Source: Candidatus Planktophila sp.
GTDB taxonomy: Bacteria > Actinomycetota > Actinomycetes > Nanopelagicales > Nanopelagicaceae
Direction: 5' to 3'
Assembly (NCBI GenBank): GCA_040402355.1
Contig: JBBAMT010000002.1
Coordinates: 11,975-75,974, forward strand
DNA: 64,000 bases
Shown: piece by piece, positions 32,394 to 41,746 of the stretch
Layout: the number at the start of each line of letters is the position of its first letter
Position numbering within the stretch: the stretch's first letter is position 1
The notes under the pieces: generated by a model
Told to the model about the DNA's origin: nothing
What the model saw: only the letters and a program-made list of their open reading frames with translations
Databases searched by the model: none
Position numbers and translations under genes: made by a program

Positions 32394-33725
32394 TTATTCA
32401 GCAACAACAGCAGCTTCTTCAGCTACCTTCGCTTCTGCCTTCTGCTTCTTATGAGCCATGAAACGTTCTTGAGCAACAGCATATTGACGCTCCCACTCTT
32501 CGCGCTGGGTATCAAAGCCTGGCTTCCATTCCTGAGTTTCAGGATCGAAACCTTCTGGGTAGATGAAGTGGCCTTCAGCATCGTAGCGAGCAGCCATTCC
32601 GTACTGAGTTGGATCGAATGCTTCGATCTCTACTTCAGTTCCTTCATTAGCTTGCTTCAATGAGAGTGAGATGCGACGACGCTCAAGATCGATATCGATG
32701 ATCTTGACGAAGAGTTCGTCATCTACTGCAACAACCTGCTCTGGAATCTCAACGTGGCGTTCTGCCAACTCTGAGATGTGAACGAGGCCTTCAATTCCTT
32801 CGTGGACACGGATAAATGCACCGAATGGAACTAGCTTTGTTACGACACCTGGCACAACTGTGTTAATTGTGTGGGTGCGAGCAAATGCCTGCCATGGATC
32901 TTCCTGTGTCGCCTTGAGTGAGAGAGAAACACGCTCGCGCTCGAAATCAACTTCGAGAACTTCTACAGTTACTTCATCGCCAACTTCAACAACTTCACCT
33001 GGGTGATCGATGTGCTTCCATGAAAGCTCTGAAACGTGAACGAGTCCATCTACGCCACCAAGGTCAACGAATGCACCGAAATTAACGATTGATGAGACAA
33101 CACCTGTGCGAACCTGGCCCTTTTGGAGCTGGTTAAGGAATTCGGTGCGTGACTGTGACTGTGTCTGCTCGAGGAAGGCACGACGTGAGAGAACCACGTT
33201 GTTGCGGTTCTTATCGAGCTCGATGATGCGGGCCTCAACCTGCTTACCGATGTAAGGAGTGAGGTCACGAACGCGACGCATTTCGACGAGAGAAGCTGGC
33301 AAGAAGCCGCGCAATCCGATGTCGACGATGAGTCCGCCCTTTACAACTTCAATGACTGTTCCGACGACAACTTCGTCGCGTTCCTTCTTGCCTTCGATCT
33401 CTCCCCAGGCACGCTCGTACTGAGCACGCTTCTTTGAGAGGATTAAACGGCCTTCTTTATCTTCCTTCTGAAGAACCAATGCTTCAACTTTATCTCCAAC
33501 TTTTACGATGTCATTTGGATCTGCATCGTGACGGATAGAGAGTTCGCGTGATGGAATTACGCCTTCAGTCTTGTAACCAACGTCAAGGAGTACTTCTTCG
33601 CGATCAATTTGAACGACTGTGCCGATGACGAGGTCTCCGTCACTGAAATTTCTGATTGTGCCTTCGATTGCGGCTAGAAAATCTTCTGCTGTTCCAATGT
33701 CATTTACTGCAATTTGTGTAGTCAA
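32394..33725 (-). CDS. rpsA: 30S ribosomal protein S1 (TTG start)
   Basis: 443 aa with four S1 domains, near-collinear with mycobacterial RpsA (IAVNDIG ... KKRAQYERAWG). TTG at 33725 is preceded by GGAG 6 nt upstream. Confidence 0.96.
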   Translation of the reverse strand: MTTQIAVNDIGTAEDFLAAIEGTIRNFSDGDLVIGTVVQIDREEVLLDVGYKTEGVIPSRELSIRHDADPNDIVKVGDKVEALVLQKEDKEGRLILSKKRAQYERAWGEIEGKKERDEVVVGTVIEVVKGGLIVDIGLRGFLPASLVEMRRVRDLTPYIGKQVEARIIELDKNRNNVVLSRRAFLEQTQSQSRTEFLNQLQKGQVRTGVVSSIVNFGAFVDLGGVDGLVHVSELSWKHIDHPGEVVEVGDEVTVEVLEVDFERERVSLSLKATQEDPWQAFARTHTINTVVPGVVTKLVPFGAFIRVHEGIEGLVHISELAERHVEIPEQVVAVDDELFVKIIDIDLERRRISLSLKQANEGTEVEIEAFDPTQYGMAARYDAEGHFIYPEGFDPETQEWKPGFDTQREEWERQYAVAQERFMAHKKQKAEAKVAEEAAVVAE

Positions 33726-33733
33726 GATGCTCC

Positions 33734-33759
33734 GTAGGGATAGAAAGTAGTAGGGATAG
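33734..33759 (-). repeat. tandem direct repeat CTATCCCTAC x2 (16-nt period) in the rpsA leader
   Basis: On the plus strand gtagggatag occurs at 33734-33743 and 33750-33759. The repeat lies immediately upstream of the rpsA SD and TTG. Confidence 0.6.
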
Positions 33760-33775
33760 GGCTATTAAATTTTCC

Positions 33776-33791
33776 CGATAATGAATTATCG
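33776..33791. promoter_or_regulatory. palindrome CGATAAT-GA-ATTATCG in the rpsA/MFS divergent intergenic region
   Basis: 7-bp perfect arms read directly from the sequence. Function unknown; candidate operator. Confidence 0.3.
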
Positions 33792-33873
33792 AGAGGGCAA
33801 GAGTATGGGTGGGGGTGATTTACAGGCAAATCCCCGCATAGATTTCAACGCTTCCCAATAGGATTGCACTGCA

Positions 33874-35100
33874 ATGAAGCGCTATATGGAGTTATTCCGT
33901 TTTCCCAATGTATGGGGCCTTCTTCTTGCCTGCTTCCCCGCTCGTGTTGCATATGGAATGGTCGGATTATCAATCTTCTTTAAGGCAGAGCAGGCAACAG
34001 GATCCATTGCCTTTGCCGGCATAGCAATCGGACTTAATGCAGCAGCAGGTTCTCTTACTGCCGGTATCCGCGGATCCATTATGGATAAGTACGGCCAAAC
34101 ATGGCCGCTTCGAATCATGGTTCCGGCATATGCAGGAATGGCCTTTGCACTCAATGCAATGCATTCAAAACCGCTCATGTTGATCTTTGCGTTTGCTATG
34201 GGTTTGAGCGCTCCTCCAATTAATTTATCTGTGCGCCCACTCTGGAAGATTGTTGTCCCTGATAATTTTCTGCGCACCGCCTATGCAATGGATACCGCCA
34301 TCATGAGCGCTGCCGGAGTAGTTGGCCCAGTCATTGCAACATCTCTCGCGCTCTCATCGCACCCATCACTTCCCCTGAATATCTGCGGTGGGCTCATGCT
34401 CTTAGGTGGTGGAGCGCTTGCCCTCACGAAAGTTTCTCGTAGTTGGGTTCCGGAAAAGAAATCTGCAGATCACGTTCCGCTGTGGCGACATAAACCGCTG
34501 CAACTGCTGATGATTGAAGGATGTTTTCTCGGTTTCGGGTGGGGCGTCTTTGATGTCGCTGTCCCTGCATTTACAACCATCGAAAAAGTTCCCTATATGA
34601 CAGCATGGATATTTACTGCGATGGGAGTTGCAAATATTCTCGGTGGATTGCTCGCAGGTCTGGTCTCTAAGCGAACATCCTCGCTCCGTGCCATGCGTCG
34701 CACATATGGCGTCTGGTTCTTTGCCTCAATCCCCATGGTTCTCACCCATCCCGGTTGGACGATGGTTATTGCAGGTGCGCTCTTGGGTCTTCTAGGTGGA
34801 GCCATCATGGTCTTCTACTGGGAAGTCATGGAGGCGATCCGTCCGAAGGGTTCACCGACTGCAATGATGGGTTGGCTCTGGACCGTTGAAGGAACTTTGA
34901 TGTCTATAGGTTCTGCCTTCGGAGGCGTTATCTCAGAGAAGTTATCTCCAACGATTGCTCTCTCCATTACAACGGCGTGCATCGGTATCGGATACATCAT
35001 TCTCGCACTCGGAAAATCACGATTGATAGCTTCCGATCGAATTCCGACAGATGAAGAAGACCTCGCCGCAATGAAAGATAACTCTCCGACTACGAGTTAG
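33874..35100 (+). CDS. MFS transporter
   Basis: 408 aa with about 12 hydrophobic segments, and Gly-rich loops typical of MFS proteins. Substrate not inferable. Confidence 0.8.
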   Translation: MKRYMELFRFPNVWGLLLACFPARVAYGMVGLSIFFKAEQATGSIAFAGIAIGLNAAAGSLTAGIRGSIMDKYGQTWPLRIMVPAYAGMAFALNAMHSKPLMLIFAFAMGLSAPPINLSVRPLWKIVVPDNFLRTAYAMDTAIMSAAGVVGPVIATSLALSSHPSLPLNICGGLMLLGGGALALTKVSRSWVPEKKSADHVPLWRHKPLQLLMIEGCFLGFGWGVFDVAVPAFTTIEKVPYMTAWIFTAMGVANILGGLLAGLVSKRTSSLRAMRRTYGVWFFASIPMVLTHPGWTMVIAGALLGLLGGAIMVFYWEVMEAIRPKGSPTAMMGWLWTVEGTLMSIGSAFGGVISEKLSPTIALSITTACIGIGYIILALGKSRLIASDRIPTDEEDLAAMKDNSPTTS

Positions 35101-37718
35101 TGAGCGGCATCGTTCCAGCTCTTCCCAATACCTACTGAAACATCGAGCGGTGCTCGCAGCGGATACGCCTTACCCATCTCGACGCGTACGAGATCAGAGA
35201 CTTGCTCAATCTCTTTCGAAACAACTTCTAGGATCAATTCGTCATGAACCTGCAGCAAGAGGCGGGATGTGAATTTCCCAGCCACCAAAGCTGCCTGCAC
35301 ATTGAGCATTGCCTGTTTGATGATGTCAGCAGCCGACCCTTGGATGGGGGCATTGAGGGCCATACGTTCTGCAACTTCGCGGCGCTGGCGATTGTCGTGT
35401 GTGAGGTCTGGAAGGTAGCGACGACGCCCCATTACGGTTTCGGTATAACCAACTTTGCGCGCATCATCGACCACGGTTTTGAGGTAATCGCGAATTCCAC
35501 CAAAGCGTTCAAAGTAGCGATCCATCAAATCTTGCGCAGCAGGTGGCGTTAAATCAAGTTGGACGGCAAGTCCATATGAACTCAAGCCATAGGCAAGTCC
35601 ATAGGACATCGCCTTTATCTGCCGGCGCATCTCAGGATCGACATCTGCAGCCTTCACGCCAAATACTTCTGCAGCAACTGTGGCATGGAGATCTTCACCT
35701 GATTCAAAGGCTTTGAGTAGGTGCTCATCGTTGGATAAGTGCGCCATGATGCGCATCTCGATTTGGCTGTAATCGGCGGTAAGAAGTGCGTCATAACCGC
35801 TGCCTGCGATGAAGCATCCCCGAATCTTGCGACCTTCTTCGGTGCGTACAGGAATGTTCTGCAAATTGGGCCCCACTGATGACAGCCGCCCGGTTGCTGC
35901 CACAGTTTGAGCAAAGTGGGTATGAATTCGCTTATCTTTCGAGATTTCTACAAGGAGGCCTTCAATGGTTGTTGCTAACTTCTTTGTCTCACGGATTCGC
36001 AGGAGCGCCGCTAGAACGGGATGAGAAGTCTTTTCAAAGAGCCAGGTGAGCGCATCAGCGTCGGTTGTAAAGCCAGTCTTAATCTTCTTCGTCTTCGGCA
36101 GCCCCAATTCGTCAAAGAGAACGACCTGCAATTGCTTAGGAGATGCCACATTAAATTCATGGCCTGCTGCATCGTGGGCCACCTTGGTCTCACGCGCAAC
36201 TTCACCATCGAAGAATGTGGCAAGGGTTTCCAGGCGCTTCTTATCAACTGCAATTCCGCGGTTCTCCATCAAAGCCAAGAGATGGGCAATCGGAAGTTCG
36301 AGCTCTTGATAGAGCTTGGTCAATCCGCGGTCGTTTAACTCCTTGGTTAGTGATTCGCGAAGACCAAAGAGTGCGCATGCAGTGGTGAGCAAAGCTTGTT
36401 CAGGAGAAGATTCATCCACCTTGCTGCCATCGCCCCAGCGCTCGAGTAAATCTTTGACCTCCTGTGAACGAACTCCCGGATTAACCAGGTATGCAGCCAG
36501 AGATGTATCAAAAGCAACACCAGTCAACCCATTCTCGCGTGCAACAGCTTTTGCATCATCGGCAATCTTTTCAATCGCGGTATCAGTTGCCCACTCCCCC
36601 ATATCGGATGAGTGCACAAGGAATGCGGTCTTCTTATCGAGAGCTACTGCGTATCGGTGGAGGTGATCTTCATGGAGTTCATATGCCAGAGATATCGGAC
36701 CGGTGTGCGCTGCAATCTTTGCGCTTACTTCATCAGAGGTCAGAACAGATGAATCGATATCAGAACCGAAGAGTGAGAACTCAGGCGCTGCCGACTTCGC
36801 TGCCTTCTTCGCCGGTAGTGGTGAGTCTCCTGTTGAAATTACTTTGAGGCGCTCTTTGAGAGTACGGAACTCCAATTGTTCGAAGAGAGCGGTGAGATCG
36901 CTTTCAGTAACACCTTTCCAGGCAAGTGCATCAATGGAGAAATCCATAGGGGCATCGTGAATCAGTTGGGTGAGTTCGCGGTTGCGCCTCACATTATCGA
37001 AATTGGCGCGCAGCGACTCTCCTACTTTGCCACCAACCTTCTCTGCCTGTGCCAGCAGTTCTGTGAGAGACCCATACTCAACAATCCACTTGGCTGCAGT
37101 TTTTTCGCCAACGCCGGGAATAGAAGGCAAGTTATCGCTCGGGTCTCCGCGCAGAGCTGCAAAGTCTGGATACTGCTGTGGGCTCATTCCATATTTCTCT
37201 TGCACAGCAGCTGGCGTCATGCGCGCCATGTCAGATACGCCACGCTTGGGGTAGAGCACGGTGGTCTGCGAGGTTACGAGTTGGAAGCTATCACGGTCGC
37301 CGGTACAGATAAATACCTCAACGCCCTCTTGCTCGGCACGTTTTGTAATAGTTGCAATAATGTCGTCGGCTTCAAAGCCTTCAATTTCAAATTGGCTAAT
37401 GCCAAAGCCTTTAACGAGTTCGTGGAGATATGACATCTGCGAACGAAATTCATCGGGGGTCTTGGCGCGATTGGCTTTGTACTCAGGGAAGATCTCTGTG
37501 CGAAATGTTTTTCGCGAGACATCAAAGGCTACGGCCACATGAGTTGGCTTCTCATCCTTTAAGAGCGATATCATCATTGTGGCAAAGCCATAGATGGCGT
37601 TGGTGTGCTGGCCTTGTGCCGTCGTGAAGTTTTCGGCCGGAAGTGCGAAGAATGCTCGGTAGGCCATCGAGTGGCCATCGATAAGGAGCAGTCGCTTCAT
37701 AGCCATGGCGCTCATCAT
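35097..37718 (-). CDS. polA: DNA polymerase I (alternative start ATG 37700, MKRLLLIDGHS)
   Basis: 873 aa with a 5' nuclease domain (LIDGHSMAYRAFFA), a 3'-5' exonuclease-like region and the pol domain (DYSQIEMRIMAH, QVHDEL). Confidence 0.97.
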   Translation of the reverse strand: MMSAMAMKRLLLIDGHSMAYRAFFALPAENFTTAQGQHTNAIYGFATMMISLLKDEKPTHVAVAFDVSRKTFRTEIFPEYKANRAKTPDEFRSQMSYLHELVKGFGISQFEIEGFEADDIIATITKRAEQEGVEVFICTGDRDSFQLVTSQTTVLYPKRGVSDMARMTPAAVQEKYGMSPQQYPDFAALRGDPSDNLPSIPGVGEKTAAKWIVEYGSLTELLAQAEKVGGKVGESLRANFDNVRRNRELTQLIHDAPMDFSIDALAWKGVTESDLTALFEQLEFRTLKERLKVISTGDSPLPAKKAAKSAAPEFSLFGSDIDSSVLTSDEVSAKIAAHTGPISLAYELHEDHLHRYAVALDKKTAFLVHSSDMGEWATDTAIEKIADDAKAVARENGLTGVAFDTSLAAYLVNPGVRSQEVKDLLERWGDGSKVDESSPEQALLTTACALFGLRESLTKELNDRGLTKLYQELELPIAHLLALMENRGIAVDKKRLETLATFFDGEVARETKVAHDAAGHEFNVASPKQLQVVLFDELGLPKTKKIKTGFTTDADALTWLFEKTSHPVLAALLRIRETKKLATTIEGLLVEISKDKRIHTHFAQTVAATGRLSSVGPNLQNIPVRTEEGRKIRGCFIAGSGYDALLTADYSQIEMRIMAHLSNDEHLLKAFESGEDLHATVAAEVFGVKAADVDPEMRRQIKAMSYGLAYGLSSYGLAVQLDLTPPAAQDLMDRYFERFGGIRDYLKTVVDDARKVGYTETVMGRRRYLPDLTHDNRQRREVAERMALNAPIQGSAADIIKQAMLNVQAALVAGKFTSRLLLQVHDELILEVVSKEIEQVSDLVRVEMGKAYPLRAPLDVSVGIGKSWNDAAH

Positions 37719-37737
37719 AGATATAAACTCGTCTACT

Positions 37738-38145
37738 ATGAGCGAACCTGATTACTTAGCAATCATCAAAGAACGTGGACAAGGCGCACTCGATCTCAAG
37801 ATGGGTATCGAAATGCTGGAAGTCTCACCGCAACGCTTGGTGGCTCGCATGCCGGTAGAAGGAAATACCCAACCCATCGGTCTTCTTCACGGTGGCGCAA
37901 ATGTCGTTCTTGCTGAATCTCTTGGCTCTATCGGAACTCAACTGCATGCAGGACCTGATCGCAAGATTGTGGGCATTGATATTAATGCGACCCACCATAA
38001 ATCTGCAACAAGTGGCTATGTCACAGCTGTTGCGACACCTATCTCTCTTGGTCGCACTCTCTGTGTCTATGAGATCGTGATAACAAACGAGGCAGGTGCG
38101 CGAACATGTACTGCTCGCATCACCTGCCTCATTCTTAATCCGTAA
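37738..38145 (+). CDS. PaaI/YbdB-type hotdog-fold thioesterase (track ORF starts at 37705)
   Basis: Contains LHGGANVVLAESLGS, typical of PaaI-family thioesterases. ATG 37738 avoids overlap with the polA start. TAAACT lies 8 nt upstream, which suggests a very short or absent leader. Confidence 0.8.
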   Translation: MSEPDYLAIIKERGQGALDLKMGIEMLEVSPQRLVARMPVEGNTQPIGLLHGGANVVLAESLGSIGTQLHAGPDRKIVGIDINATHHKSATSGYVTAVATPISLGRTLCVYEIVITNEAGARTCTARITCLILNP

Positions 38146-38153
38146 TTACTATG

Positions 38154-38873
38154 TTAGTGAGCACCCGTTCCTAGGTAGGCCTCACGCACTGCTGGATCAT
38201 TGAGTAAGTCAGAAGCTACTGCTTCCTTTGTGACATTTCCTGTTTCGAGAATATAGGCACGGTCTGCGCGTTGTAGCGCCTGCTGTGCATTCTGTTCAAC
38301 CAAGAGAATTGTGACGCCCTGCTTATTGATCTCGGTGATGATGCGGAAGATATTGGCAATCATCTGAGGAGCCAGACCCATAGAAGGCTCATCAAGTAAC
38401 AAGACCTTGGGACGTGCCATCAACGCGCGGCCCATTGCAAGCATCTGCTGCTCGCCACCAGAAAGGGTTCCGCCAGCTTGCGCTACGCGCTCCTTCAAAC
38501 GTGGGAACAGGGTGTACACGCGATCTAAGTCTTCATCCATCTCGTTCTTGCGATCTTTACGGTTGAACTTACCCATCTCGAGGTTTTCCAGAACCGTCAT
38601 ACCCGGAAAGATTCCGCGGCCTTCAGGAACTTGTGAAATACCTAGGTCTACGCGCTCGTGTGCCGGAATCTTATTGACGCTGGAACCATCGAATGTGATA
38701 TCTCCACTTGAGACTGGACGAAGACCAGAGATGGTCTTCAGAATTGTTGTCTTACCTGCGCCATTAGCACCGATAAGTGTGACGATCTCACCTTGGTTAA
38801 CAACGACTGATACGCCCTTGATGGCTTCAATCTTGCCGTAGTGAACACGGAGATCTTTAATTTCAAGACGCAT
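38154..38873 (-). CDS. livF: branched-chain amino acid ABC transporter ATPase LivF
   Basis: 239 aa with GANGAGKTT, LSGGEQQML and LLLDEPS. Confidence 0.93.
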   Translation of the reverse strand: MRLEIKDLRVHYGKIEAIKGVSVVVNQGEIVTLIGANGAGKTTILKTISGLRPVSSGDITFDGSSVNKIPAHERVDLGISQVPEGRGIFPGMTVLENLEMGKFNRKDRKNEMDEDLDRVYTLFPRLKERVAQAGGTLSGGEQQMLAMGRALMARPKVLLLDEPSMGLAPQMIANIFRIITEINKQGVTILLVEQNAQQALQRADRAYILETGNVTKEAVASDLLNDPAVREAYLGTGAH

Positions 38874-39639
38874 CTGCTGGAACTCCTAGGTAAGCCTCAA
38901 TAACTCGAGGGTCGTTTTGTACAACTGATGGAAGATCATCTGCAATCTTTGAACCAAAGTCGAGAACTGCAACGCGATCTGAGATACCCATGATGAGCGA
39001 CATATCGTGCTCAATAAGGAGAACTGTGTAGCCCTTATCGCGAATCTTCTTGATGAGATTGGCAAGCTCTACCTTCTCAGCAGGGTTAAATCCTGCGGCT
39101 GGTTCGTCAAGGAGCAATAACTCAGGCTCTGTGCCAAGGGCGCGTGCAATTTCAAGGCGACGCTGATCTCCGTAAGGAAGATTCTTCGCTAACTGATCTG
39201 CGCGATGGTCGATACCCATGAGAGCGAGGAGTTCAAATGCGCGCTCTTTGCTCTCCTTCTCTTCCCGGCGGTTAAGTGGTGTACCAATCAGCGCGCGCAA
39301 GAGACCGGTCTTCTTATGGACATCGGTTGCAGTGATAACGTTTTCAAGAGCCGTCATATCTCCAAAGAGGCGAACGTTCTGGAAGGTACGTGCCAAGCCA
39401 GCTTTGGTGACTTGATGGCGCTTTAAACCTGCAAGGTTCTGCCCCTTAAAGGTGATTTCACCAGAGGTAATCGGATAGACACCAGTGACAACGTTGAAGA
39501 CTGTGGTCTTTCCAGCACCATTTGGTCCGATAAGTGCACAGATTTCGCCGCGATTAACGAGGAAGTTGACCTCGTTGAGAGCTGTGACGCCACCAAATTT
39601 AATGGTGACGTTCTTCAGTTCGAGAAGTTTCTCAGACAT
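38863..39639 (-). CDS. livG: branched-chain amino acid ABC transporter ATPase LivG
   Basis: Start chosen at ATG 39639 (MSEKLLELKNV), overlapping the livM stop by 8 nt. Contains GPNGAGKTT and the C-terminal extension typical of LivG. Confidence 0.92.
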   Translation of the reverse strand: MSEKLLELKNVTIKFGGVTALNEVNFLVNRGEICALIGPNGAGKTTVFNVVTGVYPITSGEITFKGQNLAGLKRHQVTKAGLARTFQNVRLFGDMTALENVITATDVHKKTGLLRALIGTPLNRREEKESKERAFELLALMGIDHRADQLAKNLPYGDQRRLEIARALGTEPELLLLDEPAAGFNPAEKVELANLIKKIRDKGYTVLLIEHDMSLIMGISDRVAVLDFGSKIADDLPSVVQNDPRVIEAYLGVPADAS

Positions 39640-40684
39640 TAGTTGACCTCTTCTCTGTAATCTTTTCGCGTTTCTTGCGTGGCAAGAGACCATCTGGACG
39701 TAGGTTCATCATCAAGATGAGTACTGCACCGAAGACCAATTGACGAGCTTCGGAGATGAAGCGGATGCGCTCAGGCAAGTAGGCCAAAATTGCTGCTCCC
39801 ATGATGACGCCCCAAATATTTCCGATTCCACCGAATACCACGCAGGCAAGGATCAAGATGGAGACATCGAACTTAAACATATCCGGTGAGATCACCGCGA
39901 CCTTGGATGCATAGAGAACGCCTGCTGCTCCACCGACTGCAGCGCCGATTACAAATGACCAGAGCTTGTAGACGAGAGTATTGACGCCCATAAGAGCTGC
40001 CACATCTTCATCTTGGCGGATTGCTTCCCATGCCCGACCTGGGCGACGAATTGTAAATCGGCGCACCATCCAGACGACGAGAAGAATCATTGCTAAGACC
40101 AGCCAGAAATAGATCTGCGGGTGCATGAGATCGAATTTAAGACCAAAGATGCTAGGCGGATTTGGGATTCCTGGAATTCCGTTAGGGCCACCGGTGATAG
40201 ATAAGTTGATTGCAACAATGCGGATAATTTCACCGAAGCCGAGAGTAATGATTGCTAGGTAATCCCCACGTAGGCGTAGAGCCGGAAGGCCGAGGATGAC
40301 ACCTGCGAGCATCGCAAAGGCGATACCGAAAGGCATGATCTCCCAGGTATTCCAACCGTACAACGTGGAGAGAATTCCTTGGGTGTAAGCACCGATTGCA
40401 AAGAATGCAACGTAACCGAGGTCGAGTAAACCTGACTTACCCACAACGATATTAAGACCCAGTGCCATGAGGATAAACATGCCCACTGGATAGACCAATA
40501 CATTCTGGAAAGAGGTAATCGGGGTGTTGAGGAAACTTGTTGGTCCCCAAGCGGCAGCAAATGGGAGCAGCCCCATGAGCACAATAAAGCCGAGGACGAA
40601 GATAGTTCGGACTAGTCGTGACCAACCTGCCCAGATATCAGCGCCCTTATCGCGAAGATTAAATCGAGTTAAGTTAGCCATCAT
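39632..40684 (-). CDS. livM: branched-chain amino acid ABC permease LivM
   Basis: 350-aa polytopic membrane protein with GLLDLGYVAFFAIGAY. Confidence 0.92.
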   Translation of the reverse strand: MMANLTRFNLRDKGADIWAGWSRLVRTIFVLGFIVLMGLLPFAAAWGPTSFLNTPITSFQNVLVYPVGMFILMALGLNIVVGKSGLLDLGYVAFFAIGAYTQGILSTLYGWNTWEIMPFGIAFAMLAGVILGLPALRLRGDYLAIITLGFGEIIRIVAINLSITGGPNGIPGIPNPPSIFGLKFDLMHPQIYFWLVLAMILLVVWMVRRFTIRRPGRAWEAIRQDEDVAALMGVNTLVYKLWSFVIGAAVGGAAGVLYASKVAVISPDMFKFDVSILILACVVFGGIGNIWGVIMGAAILAYLPERIRFISEARQLVFGAVLILMMNLRPDGLLPRKKREKITEKRSTNV

Positions 40685-41634
40685 GTCCTCGTCTGCTGTA
40701 CGGCTTCACCGAAGAGGCCATTTGGTTTGAATAGGAGTACGGCGACAAGAACTGTAAAGACAGTTACTGCCTTCCATTGTGAACCGAGCATCGCTGAAGC
40801 GAATTGTTCGAGTAAGCCAAGTGCAATACCACCGTAAAAGGCACCGCGAAGGTTTCCGATTCCACCGAGAACGGCTGCAGTGAAGGCTGCGATTCCCATA
40901 TTGAAACCGACGTTAAAGATGGTGTTCTCGTAGACAGTTGTATACAAGAACGCTGCCGCTCCTGTTGTAAGTCCACCAATGCAGAATGTCAGGGTGATCA
41001 CTCGGTTGATATTGATACCCATCAACTTAGAATTCTCTTCCGACATCGAGACTGCACGAATCGACTTGCCAAGTCGTGATCGGTTAACGAATTGATCAAG
41101 AACTACGAAGATGACGATGGGAGCGATGATTGTCATCACAGTATCGATACGGAAGTTAGCTCCGTGGAATTCACCGAAGCTCCACTTATCCAGCAGGCGG
41201 GGGGTTGTCATTGGGCGAGAAATCGTGATGATACGCATTCCTTCGAGAAGGAAGATAGATACGCCAATCGCTGAAATCAGAGATGCCAGGCGGTTGGCAC
41301 CACGTGCCCGGAGGCGACGGTAGGCGACGAGTTCAACGATAATCGCCAAGATGGCACAGGCGAGCATGGAAGCAAGGAGTGCAAAGGCCAGGGTGTAGAC
41401 GAGCTTGAAGCCATGCAGTGATGGCGCATTGATGCCATAGCCCAAAAAGTGAACTTCGATATAGAGAGTGGCAAAGGTTCCAAACATAAATACTTCAGAG
41501 TTTGCAAAGTTAATGAGTCTCAGAACTCCGTACACCATGGTGTACCCGAGCGAGACGAGGGCATAGATGAGACCGAGAGCGAGCCCTTGCAATACAAGGC
41601 TCCAGAACTGGCTCGTGACTACTGAGAAATTCAT
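40681..41634 (-). CDS. livH: branched-chain amino acid ABC permease LivH
   Basis: Start chosen at ATG 41634 (MNFSVVTSQFW); the track ORF extends to 41703, across the hairpin. Contains LGLIYALVSLGYTMVYGVLRLINFA. Confidence 0.9.
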   Translation of the reverse strand: MNFSVVTSQFWSLVLQGLALGLIYALVSLGYTMVYGVLRLINFANSEVFMFGTFATLYIEVHFLGYGINAPSLHGFKLVYTLAFALLASMLACAILAIIVELVAYRRLRARGANRLASLISAIGVSIFLLEGMRIITISRPMTTPRLLDKWSFGEFHGANFRIDTVMTIIAPIVIFVVLDQFVNRSRLGKSIRAVSMSEENSKLMGININRVITLTFCIGGLTTGAAAFLYTTVYENTIFNVGFNMGIAAFTAAVLGGIGNLRGAFYGGIALGLLEQFASAMLGSQWKAVTVFTVLVAVLLFKPNGLFGEAVQQTRT

Positions 41635-41670
41635 ATCAACCGATCTGTTGAGGTCAAGAGTGTTATGAAG

Positions 41671-41702
41671 TGTGGCCACTCCCCCGAAGGGAAGTGGCCA
41701 CA
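41671..41702 (-). other. strong intercistronic stem-loop between livK and livH
   Basis: tgtggccact/agtggccaca form 10-bp perfect arms, with an inner CCC/GGG stem. No U tract follows in minus sense. Confidence 0.5.
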
Positions 41703-41746
41703 CCTTTACGACTGTATTACAGCGTTACTACTGAAAGCAGAGCTTA

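Noticed and set aside
39640-39693. Upstream extensions of livG (to 39693), livH (to 41703) and livK (to 42982) in the ORF track
   Set aside because: The internal ATGs give canonical N-termini: MSEKLLELKNV, MNFSV followed by a TM segment, and the MNKK signal peptide. They also give SD or overlap coupling. The livH extension would run through a strong hairpin, and the livK extension lacks a signal peptide.
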